A stretch of 64,000 nucleotides of DNA, taken from Octopus vulgaris (Eukaryota). The notes beneath the pieces were generated by a model. That model made no database searches. It was not told the origin of the DNA and saw only the letters and a program-made list of their open reading frames with translations. The stretch lies in NCBI GenBank assembly GCA_951406725.2, contig OX597835.1, positions 36,518,001 through 36,582,000 on the forward strand, given 5' to 3'. The number at the start of each line of letters is the position of its first letter. Position 1 is the first letter of the stretch. Positions 23,951-37,459 of this stretch are shown piece by piece. The position numbers were made by a program, and so were the translations under genes.

Positions 23951-25679
23951 GAGAATCTATTGCATTCAAGTTTAACCCTATGCCTGACCTGTCGTTTGTC
24001 GTGATACACAGGACGTTATCTCCTGGTGTCCGTGCATCTCATGTGATACACAACCCGCATCTTTTCGCTTTGACTGGCAGACTTTTAAAATAATTTCTTT
24101 GTAACTAAACACTTTTAAACTTCGTATACTGGTAGAATCTGTTTATAAAACATCTTTTTCTCTTGGCCTTCTTGAGAAAATTCTGTAGTTTGTAAGCTAT
24201 TTGTTGTTTAATTTCTTGCATTTCAGCAATTTCAACCAATCAATGACGTCTATTGAGGTGAATACAATTTCTGCCATAGCTTGTCAACAACATTTTCTGA
24301 CATGTTTTATGTAACACACTACCAGTATACGAAGTTTAAAAGTGTTTAGTTACAAAGAAATTATTTTTAAAATCTGCCGGTCAAAGCTAAAAGATCCCAC
24401 AACCCTAGTTTTTTTGCCAATTACCAGAGCAACTTTGTACTTATAGAAGGAAAGCTTTATATTACTCAGAACGTATGAAACAAAGGTTAACTAAAACCTG
24501 AAAACATTGACGTTTAGGACGAAGTTATGAAAAAGCTTTTGACAAACAAAGGGTTAATACTAAATGCCCACCACCCAAGAAAGATTTCTCGCATTTTGTG
24601 GGATTTCTTCTACAATAATCACATGCGCTGTTTTATTCATGGGAAACAACTCGAAAAATCTTGAATGCAGGGGAAATAACTGGTGAATTTGAATTATAAT
24701 ATCTGATTATTTTTATTCCCCAACTCAGCAATAGTTTGGCAGAAACGTTAGCATGCCGGGCGAAATACTTAGCGGTATTTCGTCTGCTGCTACGTTCTGA
24801 GTTCAAATTCCGCCAAGGTCAACTTTGCCTTTCATCCTTCTTACCAGTTACGCACTGGGGTCGATGTAATCAACTTAATCCCTTTGTCTGTCCATGTTTG
24901 GTCCCTTGTCGGCAATAAAGAAATAAGAAACTGAAAGAAGCCTTTCACGAATAGTGGCAGTAGCTACAGAATTGAAGTGCCGGTAAGGATATAAGTTCGA
25001 TTCCTGGTGGAACACTGTGTCCTTGACCAAGACATTTTATTTCGTGTTACTCCAGTCCACTCAGTCTTGTGTGAAGGTCATGCATGGTATGACGAGCTTG
25101 CAGAAACGTTAGCACGCCGGGCGAAATGCGTAGCCGTATTTCATCTGCCGTTACGTTCTGAGTTCAAATTTTGCCAAGGTCGACTTTGCCTTTCATCTTT
25201 TCAGCGTCGATAAATTAAGTACCAGTTACGCACTGGGTCGATGTAATTGACTTGATCCGTTTGTCTGTCCTTGTTTGTCCCCTCTGTGTTTAGTCCCTTG
25301 TGGGTAGTAAAGAAATAGGTATTTCATCTGCAGTTACGTTCTGAGTTCAAATTCTACCGAGGTCAACTTTACCTTTCATCCTTTCGGGATCCATAAATTA
25401 AGTACCAGTTACACACTGGGGTCGATGTAATCAACTTGATCCGTTTGTCTGTCCTTCTTTGTCCCCTCTGTGTTTAGCCCCTTGTGGGTAGTAACGAAAT
25501 AGGTCATGCATGGTATGTCACAATTATGATAGTTAGTCACCAGCATGATTTGTCGTTTATAACTTCGTTAAGGTAACATCCATTCCAAGTCTTTGATGTT
25601 CTTATATTTACCTTGTTTTCTCAAATACGTCTTTGATTGTTCCTTCTTTCTTTCTTTCTTCCTTTCTCTCCCTGTACAG

Positions 25680-25805
25680 TTATGTGATTCTCTCGCCGTG
25701 CAGCACGATCCTGTCCGCCAGAATTACTGGAACTACGTGGCCAAGTCAATGAAACTGAGATTTAGTGAAGACACCAAAGATGAGAAAATGAACGAATCTA
25801 GCTAA
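25680..25805 (+). CDS. FNTA: FNTA exon 8 (terminal, TAA stop)
   Basis: long polypyrimidine tract + gtacag; LCDSLAVQHDPVRQNYWNYVAKSMKLRFS...; the D..R..YW motif is typical of the FNTA C-terminus. Confidence 0.94.
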   Translation, partial: LCDSLAVQHDPVRQNYWNYVAKSMKLRFSEDTKDEKMNESS

Positions 25806-26059
25806 TAACAATAATAGTAACAATAATTAATAATAATGATGATGATGATGACGACGATGAAGAATTCTAAAGTTTAATCAAAAAATTTTACGTTCTTTTT
25901 TAAATGATCACTTCTAAAAATATTCTCCTCTCACAAAAGAACGTTGGTCGCTGAAGAGGAGGAAGCTAAAGACAACAAATTTTTGGCTAGAATTTTTTTT
26001 TCCCTTTTTACTTTTGTGTCATTCCAGCATTCCTTCTAGACAAAATATTGGATCTTCAA

Positions 26060-26101
<42 letters not shown>

Positions 26102-26287
26102 GTCGGTCTCCATACTTGAATACAGCAACCAAAAATATGTGGACTGAGGGTTTTGATTCTTTCCTTTCTTTTCTATTTCTGCTTGAAGATCTGAATTTTT
26201 ATTTGTTTGTCTTGTTTTTATTTTGTATCTATTTAAAATGTTTTCAGTATTAAAATTTTAACAGGAAGACAATACTGGTTTGCATAA

Positions 26288-26293
26288 AATAAA
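26288..26293 (+). promoter_or_regulatory. Candidate polyadenylation signal for FNTA
   Basis: AATAAA about 480 nt after the stop codon, followed by a T-rich tract. Confidence 0.4.
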
Positions 26294-26384
26294 TTGTAGT
26301 AAAACTATGTATTTTATTTTTTTATTTTTATCTAGTTTCAGCTCACAAGCTGTGGCCGTGCTGGGGCACCGCCATTTGGTGTTG

Positions 26385-26812
26385 CTACATGATTTTACTA
26401 CATGAATGCTTTTTAGCAATTGCCATTTGGTGCATGAGAGAGTTCGATGCAGCTGCCCTCATCTGCACCTCCTGCCGTGAAGTTGGTTCATCTGGGACAC
26501 CTGACAGGAAGAGATCTAGTTTTATTTTAAAGACATCTGCATCCACCCCATGCAGGTCTCTTAGTTTCTTCGGGAGGATATTGAAGAGCTGTGGGCCTCT
26601 GAAGCTCAGGCTATCACAGTATCATGTCCTACATCTTGATGGCAAATTTGGAGTCCTTGGCACTATGCAGTGGCACCCAGTTCTAGTATTTGTGTAACCC
26701 TCGATGCCAAAGTTTGGGACAAGTCCTTCTAGGATCTTCCAGATGTATATTATGGCATATCTTTCTCGCCTACGCTCTAAGGAATAGAGTCTTAATCTCT
26801 TGAGTCTTTCCG
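26385..26812 (-). mobile_element. CR1-like LINE 3' fragment
   Basis: ERLKRLRLYSLERRRERYAIIYIWKIL. Confidence 0.75.
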
Positions 26813-26975
26813 GCATCCTTAACGATGCCTGGAAGTCATATAATTACTGTTGTATTCTATGTAGGTTTGGCAAACTAGAACAGTTTTGCTAGCAAGTATG
26901 TGAACTTCTCTACACCATTAACTCCTGACCAGTGTTATAAAAATATTACAAGGTGCATTGGGTGACTCCCTTTGG

Positions 26976-27391
26976 GGATCTTTTCGGTTTGAACGGCAGT
27001 TTTTAACATAATTTCTAGGTAACTAAAAAATTTTAAACTTCGTATACTGGTAGAATGTGTTTATAAAACATATTTTTCTCTTGTCTTTATTGAGAAAATT
27101 CTATAGTTTGTAAGATATTTGTTGTTCTTTTCTTCGATTTCTGCAATTTCAACCAATCAATGACATCCATTGATGTAAAAAACATTCTGTGCCGTATGAA
27201 TATGTCCCTCGTTTAAGAAACAGATTGGGTTTATTTACATTTGTGAAGAAAAAATGATACCCTTCCCCCCACCCCTAACCCTAAACCTAAAACAGATTGA
27301 AATGCAATAGATCGATACTAGGGTCATAATTATGGGTGACAATTTTATATGACACCGCTAGAAAAAACTGCCGTTCAAACCAAAAAGATCC
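26976..27391. mobile_element. MITE family M2 (GGATCTTTTCGG termini, 8-bp TSD; Merlin-like)
   Basis: About 29-bp TIRs; flanks ccctttgg / ctctttgg. Confidence 0.82.
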
Positions 27392-28823
27392 CTCTTTGGT
27401 CATGAATGACCATGGGATTGCACCTAGAAAGTCACCCTCCAAGGCAAAAGTCATCATCATCATTTGATGCCGATTTTCCTTGCTGGCATGGGTTGGACAG
27501 TTTGACAGGGGCTAGTAAGCCAGAGAGCTGCACCAGGTTCCATTTATCTGTTTGGTATGGTTTCTACAGTTGGCTGCCCTTCCTATGCCAACCATTTTAC
27601 AGAGTGTAGCGAGTGCTTTTTCATGACACCGGCACTAGTGAGGTCACTCACAAACTACAGGAAAAGGCCCTCGACTGAGTGGAGTGAGAGGTGACTTTAT
27701 ATCAGGTCTTGAGAAGCTTAAGTATGAGAGAGGGACAGGCACAGGTGCTTTGCTATAGAGGATATATATATGTCTATCTTGGATTATATAACAGAGTAGT
27801 GAGTGGGAGTGCCTGAGAAGACGAGGATATCAGCAACGAGATAACAGGGTACTCTTAAAGTACAAGAATGGGAAATAAGAGATAACATGGGCCAAAAAGC
27901 AAGAGGGGTGAGTGGATGAGTTCATAGGAGTGTGGGAAGGGTGTGACAGGTGTTTATGGATGGCGGCGAGCTGGCAGAACCGTTAGCACGCCAGGTGAAA
28001 TGCTTCGCAGTATTTTGCCCGTCGCTACGTTCTGAGTTCAAATTCCACCGAGGTCGACTTTGCCTTTCATCCTTTTGGGGTCGATAAATTAAGTACCAGT
28101 TATGCACTGGGGTCGATGTAATTGACTTAATCCGTTTGTCTGTCCTTGTTTATCCCCTTGTGGATAATAAAGAAACAGATATACTTATGTGTAGGCGTAG
28201 CTTTATGGTAAGAAGCTTGCTTCCCAAGCACATGGTTCCGGGTTCAGTCCAACTGCGTGGCACCTTGGGCAAGTGTCTTCTATTATAACCTCGGGACTGC
28301 CAAAGCCTTATGAGTAGATTTGTTAGACAGAAACTGAATGAAGCCCATCATATATATATGTGTGTGTGTGTTTGTCTCCTGACCACAGCTTGAAAACTGG
28401 TGCTGGTGTGTTCACACCCTTGTAACTTAGCAGTTCAGCAAAAGGAGACTGACAGAATAAGTACCAGGCACTTAAAATAAGAAAATACATACTGGGATCG
28501 ATACATTTAACTAAACCCCTTTTAAGTGGTGCTCCAGCATGGCCACAGCCAAATGACTGAAACAAGTAAAGGAATATACAGAGTGAAGGTGTGTAGAAAT
28601 ATCAATATTTCTAAGTCTCTCTAAAGGAGACTACAGCAGCGGTACTGGATATTAATAGTTATTGCTGAGCTAATATGGCAGTCCGGAAATATAGGACGAA
28701 TGCTACCGTTGATTAGCTCCAAGAGGCCATCTCCTCTAGCTAGCTATGTGACACTTGAACCTGTGTCGATTATAACCTTTGAACAGGGGAGGTCAGCCGC
28801 TTCCCCTAGCTGGTCAGGCATCT

Positions 28824-28860
28824 ACAGACTAGTTTCAGGGTATTTGCCCCTTATCACTGT
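28824..28860 (-). ncRNA. Degenerate minimal hammerhead motif
   Basis: ACA-GTGATAA-GGGGcaaataCCCT-GAAACTAGTC-TGT; two core substitutions relative to CUGANGA. Confidence 0.4.
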
Positions 28861-30134
28861 CTTCCACACAGGCTTGTCCTTCCGGGTGCCGGTGCCACTT
28901 AAAAAGTACCCTTGTTGGTGCTGCGTTAATGCACCCGTGCCAGTGCTGCATATATGCACCGTGCTGGTGGCACTAAAAGAACACTCAACACTCACAAGGT
29001 TTCAGTCAGCCTGAGAAGACACTTACCCAAGGTGCCACGCAGTGGGACTGAACCCGGAACCATGTGGTTGGTAAGCAAGCTACCTATTTCTTTAATACGC
29101 ACAAGGGGCTAAACACAGAAGAGACAAAAGATTTAAGTCAATCATATCGCCCCAGTGCATAACTGGTACTTAATTTATCGACCCCGAAAGGATGAAAGGC
29201 AAAGTCGACCTCGGCGGAATTTGAACTCAGAATGTAACGGCAGACGAAATATGGCTGCGCATTTTGCCCGGCGTGCTAACGCTTCAGCCAGCTCGCCGCC
29301 TTCCTAGATAACAACATGCCCTTGAACGAGACTCCGGACTATCGCAGGATTCAAAGCCAGCTATTTGGAGAGGAAGGTGCAAGTCGACCTCGGCGGAATT
29401 TGAACTCAGAACATAATGGCAGACGAAATATGGCTGCGCATTTTGCCCGGTGGCGTGCTAACGTTTCTGCCAGCTCGCCGCCTTTTTCTTTATTGCCCAC
29501 AATGGGCTAAACATAGAGGAGACAAACAAGGACAGACAAAGGGATTAAGTCGATTACATCGACTCCAATGCGTAACTGGTACTTATTTAATTGACCCTGA
29601 AAGGATGAAAGGCAAAGCCGACCTCAGTGGAGTTTGAACTCAGAACAAAATACAACAATGCATTTCGCCCAGCGTGCTAACGCTTCTGCCAGCTCGCCGC
29701 CTACCTACCACACAGCCACTCCTACCAAGCTACCTACAACACAGCCACTCCTATGCCTATATACATATATGTGTGTGTGTGTGTGTGTGTATATTGCACA
29801 CAGGCCACACCTGTGTGTCTATATCAACAGAAGAGGAGGCACTCCAAAGTTTGTTTGCTTAAGTAAACAAACTTTGCAAAGTTTGCTTTTGTCATCATCC
29901 TGTCTACTTTAGTTACTTACACTCACTCACACATACATAAACGCCCCCCACCCCCACCGACACACACACATACACACCTCCTAACCATCTCGACTACAAT
30001 TGCAAACACAAGCCAATGACAGAAGCACAGTGTGTTCCTTCAAACTACTAGAAACAACAACCAAATCTACCTCAAATTACAAACTGCCGTTTTCCTCTTT
30101 TTTTATCTCTGAAAAATTTATACATTGGATAGTG

Positions 30135-30569
30135 GGATCTTTTCGGTTTGAACAGCAGTTTTTCCTAGTGGTGTCATGTGAAATTGTCACCCATAATTAT
30201 GACCCTAGTATCGATCTATTGCATTTCAATCTGTTTCAGGGTTAGCATTATAGTTAGGGTTAGGGGTAGGGGGAGTTTATCTTTTTTACTTCAGAAATGT
30301 AAATAAACCCAATCTGTTTCTTAAAAGAGGGACATATTCATACGGCACAGAATGTTTTTTTTTTTACCTCAATAGACGTCATTGATTGGTTGAAATTGCA
30401 GAAATTGAAGAAAAATAAACAACCAATATCTTACAAACTCTAGAATTTTCTCAATAAAGCCAAGAGAAAAAGATGTTTTATGAACACATTCTACCAGTAT
30501 ACGAAGTTTAAAAGTGTTTAGTTACGTGGAAATTATTTTAAAAAACAGCCGTTCAAACCGAAAAGATCC
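30135..30569. mobile_element. MITE family M2 copy
   Basis: Perfect 8-bp TSD GGATAGTG. Confidence 0.88.
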
Positions 30570-31758
30570 GGATAGTGTTGTCCGGGGTACACAATGCTTA
30601 AAACCCATTAGGGTAACTGTAATCAAGGATCTACAGGGCCAAACCCAACTTATCTTATCCAGCACAAATGTGTGTGTGTGTATACATGTAGTCTGATCAA
30701 TAAGTATCCGGACTGTTGCCATAGTAACAAAGCTAAAGCAAGCAGAGGAAAACCACTTGGCACAGATTGACCTTGAACTCTGCTGCACATGTGCACTAAG
30801 TTACACAAACATCTGCCAATATGTCCCAGGGTGGCGAACTGGCAGAAACGTTAGCATGCCGGGGCGTAATGCTTAGCGGTATTTCGTCAGCCTTTACGTT
30901 CTGAGTTCAAATTCCGCCGAGGTCGACTTTGCCTATCATCCTTTCAGGGTCGATAAATAAAGTACCAGTTTCGCACTGGAGTCAATGTAAACGGCTTAAT
31001 CCCTTTGTTTGTCCCCTCTATGTTTATCCCCTTGTGGGCAGTAAAAAAATTTATATATAGTTTTTAGAAGAAAAGGCGGCGATCTGGCAGAATCGTTAGC
31101 ACGCCGGGCGAGATGCGTAGCCATATTTCGTCTGCCGTTACGTTCTGAGTTCAAATTCCGCTGAGGTTAACTTTGCCTTTCATCCTTTCGGGGTCGATTA
31201 AATAAGTACCAGTTACGCACTGGGTTTGATGTAATCGACTTAATCCGTTTGTCTGTCCTTGTTTATCCCCTCTGTGTGTAGCCCCTTCTGGGCAGTAAAG
31301 AAATAAGAATTGTTAGCATGCCAGGCGATATATTGAGCAGTATTTCATATGCTGTTACATTCTGAGTTCAACTTTCAGGGTCGATTAAATGTTATGCACT
31401 GGGGTCAATGTAATCGACTTTAGGCCCCTGTGAGCAATTAAAGAAATAAATATGTCCCTCTTGTGGTGTAAAGAACTCGTGGTCGTACCATGTAAAGTGC
31501 TTGTACGATGCCACGTAAAAGTGCCTGTCTGGTGTCACATAAAGTGACGTGCCACATAACGGCACCCATGCAGTGCCACATAGAAGCAACCAACACACCC
31601 TATAAAGTGGTTGGCATTAGGAAGGCCATCCAGCCATAGAAACCATGCCAAATCAGACTGGAATCTGATACAGCTTGTTAGCTCTGGACAAACCGTCCAA
31701 CCCATGCCAGCATGAACAACAGACGTTAAATAATGATGATAATGATATATATATATAT

Positions 31759-31976
31759 AAACTTATAAATGAGGGCAAACGAAAAAATTTCTAATGCCAA
31801 ATATGCCGAAATTGGACATATTGTCCATAACCATATAATTTTTTCACAATACGCACGCTACTCAAAAAAAGGTCAACAGAAATTTCTTAAAAATTCCATT
31901 ATTACCATATCGGACCAAAATCCAATTTCGGCATATTTGGCATTAGAAATTTTTTTGTTTGCCCTTATTTATAAGT
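31759..31976. repeat. Inverted-repeat (MITE-like) element next to (TA)n
   Basis: About 58-bp arms aacttataaatgagggc...ccgaaattgg / ccaatttcgg...gcccttatttataagtt. Confidence 0.65.
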
Positions 31977-32208
31977 TGTTTATAAATTTAAATTTTGAAG
32001 GTATTTTTTAATATGCTGGCCATTGATAAAATTTTTTTTTTTCAAAAACTTTTATTCTACGTTAGATATATATATATATATATAACAGGAAGCTTTATGA
32101 AAATAGACAAAAGACGAAGGCAGGTGGAAAACAAACAAACAATTGTATTAGTATGGCGCTCAGGAAATATAAATAAAACAAGTCTTTATATATATATATA
32201 TATATATA

Positions 32209-32484
32209 TTGGGTTGTCCGGACACTTCATGCTGATTTATAGTAGCTTACCTTTCGACTTATTTTAGAACATGGTTGAGTCCATAAAATAGGATTTGACT
32301 ACACCTCCATTTTGAGCACAGTTTAAACTATCTTTTCGAGGAAGAAGGTTTATGTTCCTATAACCTGTGTTAATTCTGTAACCCTTTAAAATGGAAGATA
32401 AAGTTCATTTTTGGCACTTGATGCTTTGGGAACCAGACAAAAATTGCTGGGATGTGTTACCCCACCCTCCATATTCACCAGATA
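32209..32484 (+). mobile_element. Internally deleted mariner remnant
   Basis: TA|TTGGGTTGTCCG TIR, MEDKVHF start and a WDVLPHPPYSPD remnant. Confidence 0.65.
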
Positions 32485-34140
32485 AAATTTGCTCGACTAA
32501 AGGCGGTGCTCCTGCATGGCCGCAGTCAAATGATTGAAACAAATAAAAGAGAAAAGAGAGAGGAAGAGATTCCAATATGAACAAGCAACAAGTAAAGCAC
32601 ATACACTGAGGATGTGCAGTCGATAATTTTTACATGTGTGAGTATGTTTGTCCCCACTATACTACTTCACAACTGGTGTTGGTTTGTTTATGTCCCTATA
32701 ACTTAGCAGTTCAGCAAAAGTTACTGACAGAATAAAGACCAAACTTAAAAAAAAAAACATAGGCGTAGGAATGGCTGTGTGGTAAGTAGCTTGCTTATGA
32801 ACCACATGGTTCCGGGTTCAGTCCCACTGCGTGGCACCTTGGGCAAGTGTCTTCTACTATAGCCTCGGGCTGACCAAAGCCTTGTGAATGGATTTGGCAG
32901 ACAGAAACTGAAAGAAGTCCGTCATATATATATATATATATATATATGTGTGTCTGTGTTTTTTACCCCCAAATCGCTTAACAACCGATGCTGGTGTGTT
33001 TACGTCCCCGTAACTTAGCGGTTCGGCAAGAAAGACCGATATAATATGTACTAGGCTTACAAATAATAAGACCTGGGGCCGATTTGCTCGACTAAAGGTG
33101 GTGCTCCAGCATGGCCACACTCAAATGACTGAAACAAGTAAAAGAGTAAAGAGTATGTATATGTATGTGTGTGTATATATTTGTGTCTGTGTTTGTCTCC
33201 CAACATCGCTTGTCAACCGATGCTAGTGTGTTTACGTTCACGTAACTTAGCAGTTCGGCAAAAAAGACCAATAGAATAAGTACTAGGCTTACAAATAATA
33301 AGTCCTGGGGGGGTTGATTTGCTCGACTAAAGGCGGTGCTCCAGCATGGCCACGGTCAAATGACTGAAACGAGTAAAAGAGTAAAATCTGGGGAGTATGT
33401 GTATGGGGGGGGGGTTCGTTTGACTAAAACCCTTCAAGGGGGTGAAAACAAGTAAAAGAAAAACTGAGACACACACTACACCCAAATATACTGTAGTCTG
33501 TCTTACCCATCAATTATTTCAGCTACACTCCTGTTACACATCTACCCCCAGTCCCCACCCTGTATGCACCCACACACTCAAACATACAGTTAGTTCTTTG
33601 TCCTCTCTTGCTACACGTTTACCTAAGCTTTGTTAACGACATTCTTTTATTCTGCAATGCAAAAATGACAATTATACGTTCTACATTTATTCACCTGGTA
33701 AAATTGTCAAACCGGCGTCAAGCCCTCAATAGAATATTCTTAAGACAAGAAACTTTAACCCCTTTTGTTACCGTTTCTGTTGAAATACAATCTTGTCTTC
33801 AATTAATTTTGAAAATAACAAAGAATTTGGTAAAATATCTTCATCATCATTATCATTTAATGTCTGTTTTGGACGTTGGCATGAGTTGGACGGTTTGACA
33901 GGAGCTGCACCTGGTTCCATATAACTCTTTTACTTGTTTCAGTCATTTGACTGTGACCATGCTGGAGCACCGCCTTTTAGTCGAGCAAATCGACCCCCAG
34001 GACTTATTCTTTGTAAGCCCAGTACTTATTACATCAGTCTATTTTTGCCAAACCGCTAAGTTACGGGGATGTAAACACACCAGCATCGGTTGTCAAGCGA
34101 TGTTGGGGGGACAAATACAGACACACACACACAGACATAC

Positions 34141-34171
<31 letters not shown>

Positions 34172-34670
34172 CGACGGGCTTCTTTCAGTTTCCGTCAACC
34201 AAATCCACTCACAAGGCTTTGGTCGGCCCGAAACAATAGTAGAAGACACTTGCCCAAGGTGCCACGCAGTGGCACTGAACCCAGAACCATGTGGTTGGTA
34301 AGCAAGCTACTTACCACAGCCACTCCTCGCATGGGTTCTACAAAAGGATGCCCTACCTAATGTCAACCACTTCACAGTGGACTGGGTGCTTTTTCTGTGG
34401 CGCAATCACCAGTGCTTTTCATGATGATCATGATGATGATCATGATGATGATCATGATGTTGGTGATAATGGTTATGATGATGATAATGATGATGGTGAT
34501 TATGGTTATGATGAAATATCTGGGAAAAATGGAATACACAACATTGTTTTTTTTTTACAATTTTTATTTTTATTTTCTGCTGGTTCTTTACCCATTTATA
34601 TTTTATTTACTTTTTTCTTTCCAAACCTATATACATTAAAAAGAATGTGAGTTCTGGTTAAAACACAGTA

Positions 34671-35129
34671 TATAATAGCCATCTAAGTAGCATATTTAAT
34701 GTATATACACTGCTGATAGGCCAGCACTGCAGTATTTGTCCAGAGATAACAATTCTCATGGACTTGCTCAATTAAAAACACTATAAATATCAGAGAAAGC
34801 AAAATAAAAATTCATTCTAGCAAGAACCAGGCACTTATTCACAATATCAGAGAATATTTCTGTCATTTTTTCATACATCAGAGATGAAAAATTCTTATCC
34901 AAATGTGTGTCTGGTTACAAGCATGCACCATTGAAAATGACCCCTAAAAGGCCAGAATGCATCTGGCATATTCACTGGCCCCTACTGAGATGAACTTTTA
35001 TCTCTCTCAGATATTTATTAAGTTTTAAACACAGCGAGTCTGTAACAGATGTTATCTCAGGACAAATACTGCAGTAACTGGCCTATGAACTATGTACACA
35101 TTAAGTATGATAAATAGATGGCTATTATA
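34671..35129. mobile_element. Degenerate MITE with about 80-bp TIRs
   Basis: tataatagccatcta...actgcagtatttgtcc / ggacaaatactgcagt...tagatggctattata. Confidence 0.6.
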
Positions 35130-35176
35130 ATTAAAAACCGCTTCAATTGCATATACAAGATTTTTACACAATAAAT

Positions 35177-35217
<41 letters not shown>

Positions 35218-35221
<4 letters not shown>

Positions 35222-35655
35222 GTGAAGGAAGAAATGGAGCCGAACGAAGATTCTACAAAATTCCTTTTTATTATTTTCTACACATGTTTCAAAGGCTGCA
35301 AATTCCCAAATTCGGATTGAATAAGGAGACCATTCTGCAGCCTTCTCTTCAGGAAAATCCAGGAATTTAAAAGAGAAAGCTGCAGAATGGTCTCCTTATT
35401 CAATCCGAATTTGGGAATTTGCAGCCTTTGAAACATGTGTAGAAAATAATAAAAAGGAATTTTGTAGAATCTTCGTTCGGCTCCATTTCTTCCCTTCACT
35501 AAATATATAAAACTTCAATTATCCGCGCTAAAGCACGGGGGAGAAACCCCATGGTCGTAACCTCAACCGTGTCTTTTCTGGTGTGATTTTTGCTACACAG
35601 GTATCGGTTAAATTTTGAATAATCCGTAACAAGATAATTCATTTATCCATTTCAT

Positions 35656-35660
<5 letters not shown>
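35218..35660. mobile_element. Fold-back element (about 135-bp arms + tail) in (TA)n
   Basis: Arms 35218-35349 and 35372-35503, almost identical; (TA)n on both sides. Confidence 0.82.
35273..35358 (-). ncRNA. Complete type I hammerhead ribozyme motif
   Basis: ATTTTC-CTGAAGA-GAAGGCTGCA..TGCAGCCTTT-GAAACATGT-GTA-GAAAAT: 6-bp stem I, 10-bp stem II, GUA triplet. Confidence 0.82.
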
Positions 35661-35699
<39 letters not shown>

Positions 35700-35931
35700 T
35701 GTATGTATGTGTGTGTGTATATATATATATATATATAAGATTTCCTTATAAGTTACATCCCATGATCTGAATATTTATTTATCACAAAATCCTGTACAAT
35801 CTCGTGTAAGTTCGTGTATTCTCATCCAAATTGGAGATGAGTACCATAGTTCCAATGTGGCAAGATTGATAATTGTTAAGAGATTCCGCCTTACATGAAA
35901 CTATTGGTAGCATTGTTAACCCACATATAAA

Positions 35932-35965
<34 letters not shown>

Positions 35966-36223
35966 TTTTAAGATAATTTGAAATATAAGGTAAAACCCTC
36001 AGTAAACATTAAATTTAGGCTTGCTGTGCAACAAAAAAAAAAAAATAAAGAGTGTTGTACTACACAGGTTTGTATTTTTTTTGTAACAATGGAGGAGCTA
36101 AAGCTATGGAAGTAATTAAAGGTTTACCAAACACTTCAAACACTATATAGCAGTGAAGTGTAGATTGACTCGTGTGTGTGTGTGTGTATATATATATGTA
36201 TATATATAGGCGTGTGTATACAT

Positions 36224-36258
<35 letters not shown>

Positions 36259-36412
36259 CACACATATATATGTATATATAAATATGGGTATATTGTGTGT
36301 GTGTGTGAATGTTTGTGTACACATTTATGTATGTATACATTTACACTACACTTGGGACAGATATATATACAAGGTATTATATACATTCATATATGTACAC
36401 ATATATAATAGC

Positions 36413-36451
<39 letters not shown>

Positions 36452-36572
36452 TAAATATGAGCTATTATATACATAAATTCATATATCTATATCAACATAT
36501 ATATATATACACACACACATATTTATATATAAACACATCCATATATATATATATATATATATGTATTATATA

Positions 36573-36820
36573 TAAAATTATAATTTAGGGTATCTAAAAG
36601 ATACCACCACGCTGGAAATAGCAGCCAAAACTTGACTCCAAAACCATATTAAATGTTCACATTTAATGTGGTTTTGGAGTCAAGTTCTGGCTGCTATTTC
36701 TAGCATGGTGGTATATCTTAGATACCCTAAATTATAATTTTAATAATAACTATTACCTTTGAGGGTTTTTACGCCCATGCTGGCCACCTGATATGATCGG
36801 TATTTAAATAATGATCTTAT

Positions 36821-36823
<3 letters not shown>
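36573..36823. mobile_element. Fold-back + tail element in (TA)n, family copy 1
   Basis: About 83-bp arms (36573-36742) then an 80-bp tail; homologous to 43625-43886. Confidence 0.75.
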
Positions 36824-36862
<39 letters not shown>

Positions 36863-37008
36863 GGAAACCTATATAATACATATATATATATATATATATA
36901 TAGGCTACTGTACAGAAACAAACACACTCTCTCTGTCTCTCTCACACACATACACAGCTATATAAGGCTATTCAAAGAGAATTCTATGATTTAACTGTTC
37001 ACTATTTG

Positions 37009-37459
37009 TCAACTTAATATCCTCTCTGACTGAGTCATTTTGATGGAGGGCAAATAAGTAGCCCAAGTCATATTACTCTGTGGCACCCAAGTGAAACCAA
37101 GAATTCTTGCCATTTCAATGAGCTTGTTAGAATCTGTCGCTAGGAAACCAAACGGTGTATCACCATTGGCTGCAATTTTGGAAGCAATGTCTTTGAATAC
37201 AACACCACTGAAGTGTGTCCCGCGATATTCTGGTTTCACATAAACCATTGAGATTGATCCGTTGAACTTGCGACAAGCGTACGCAACCAATTCACCCGTT
37301 GACGTGTGTCGTAGACATGAGCTTTCAAAGTTTTCTAAGATGCATTTGAAGTATTCTTCAATTCCATCATGTTCTGAGAGGGATGAACTCCACACTGGCA
37401 ACAATGCTGCGGCATCAGACTTGCATAAGGACCCAAGTTCAAACCCAACTGGAATGTCT
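37009..37459 (-). CDS. GLYAT-like GNAT exon 5 (terminal, acyltransferase C-terminal domain)
   Basis: ttttctag acceptor; DIPVGFELGSL...GELVAYA...SISMVYVKPEYRG...ARILGF, a GNAT motif A/B pattern; TGA stop. Confidence 0.88.
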
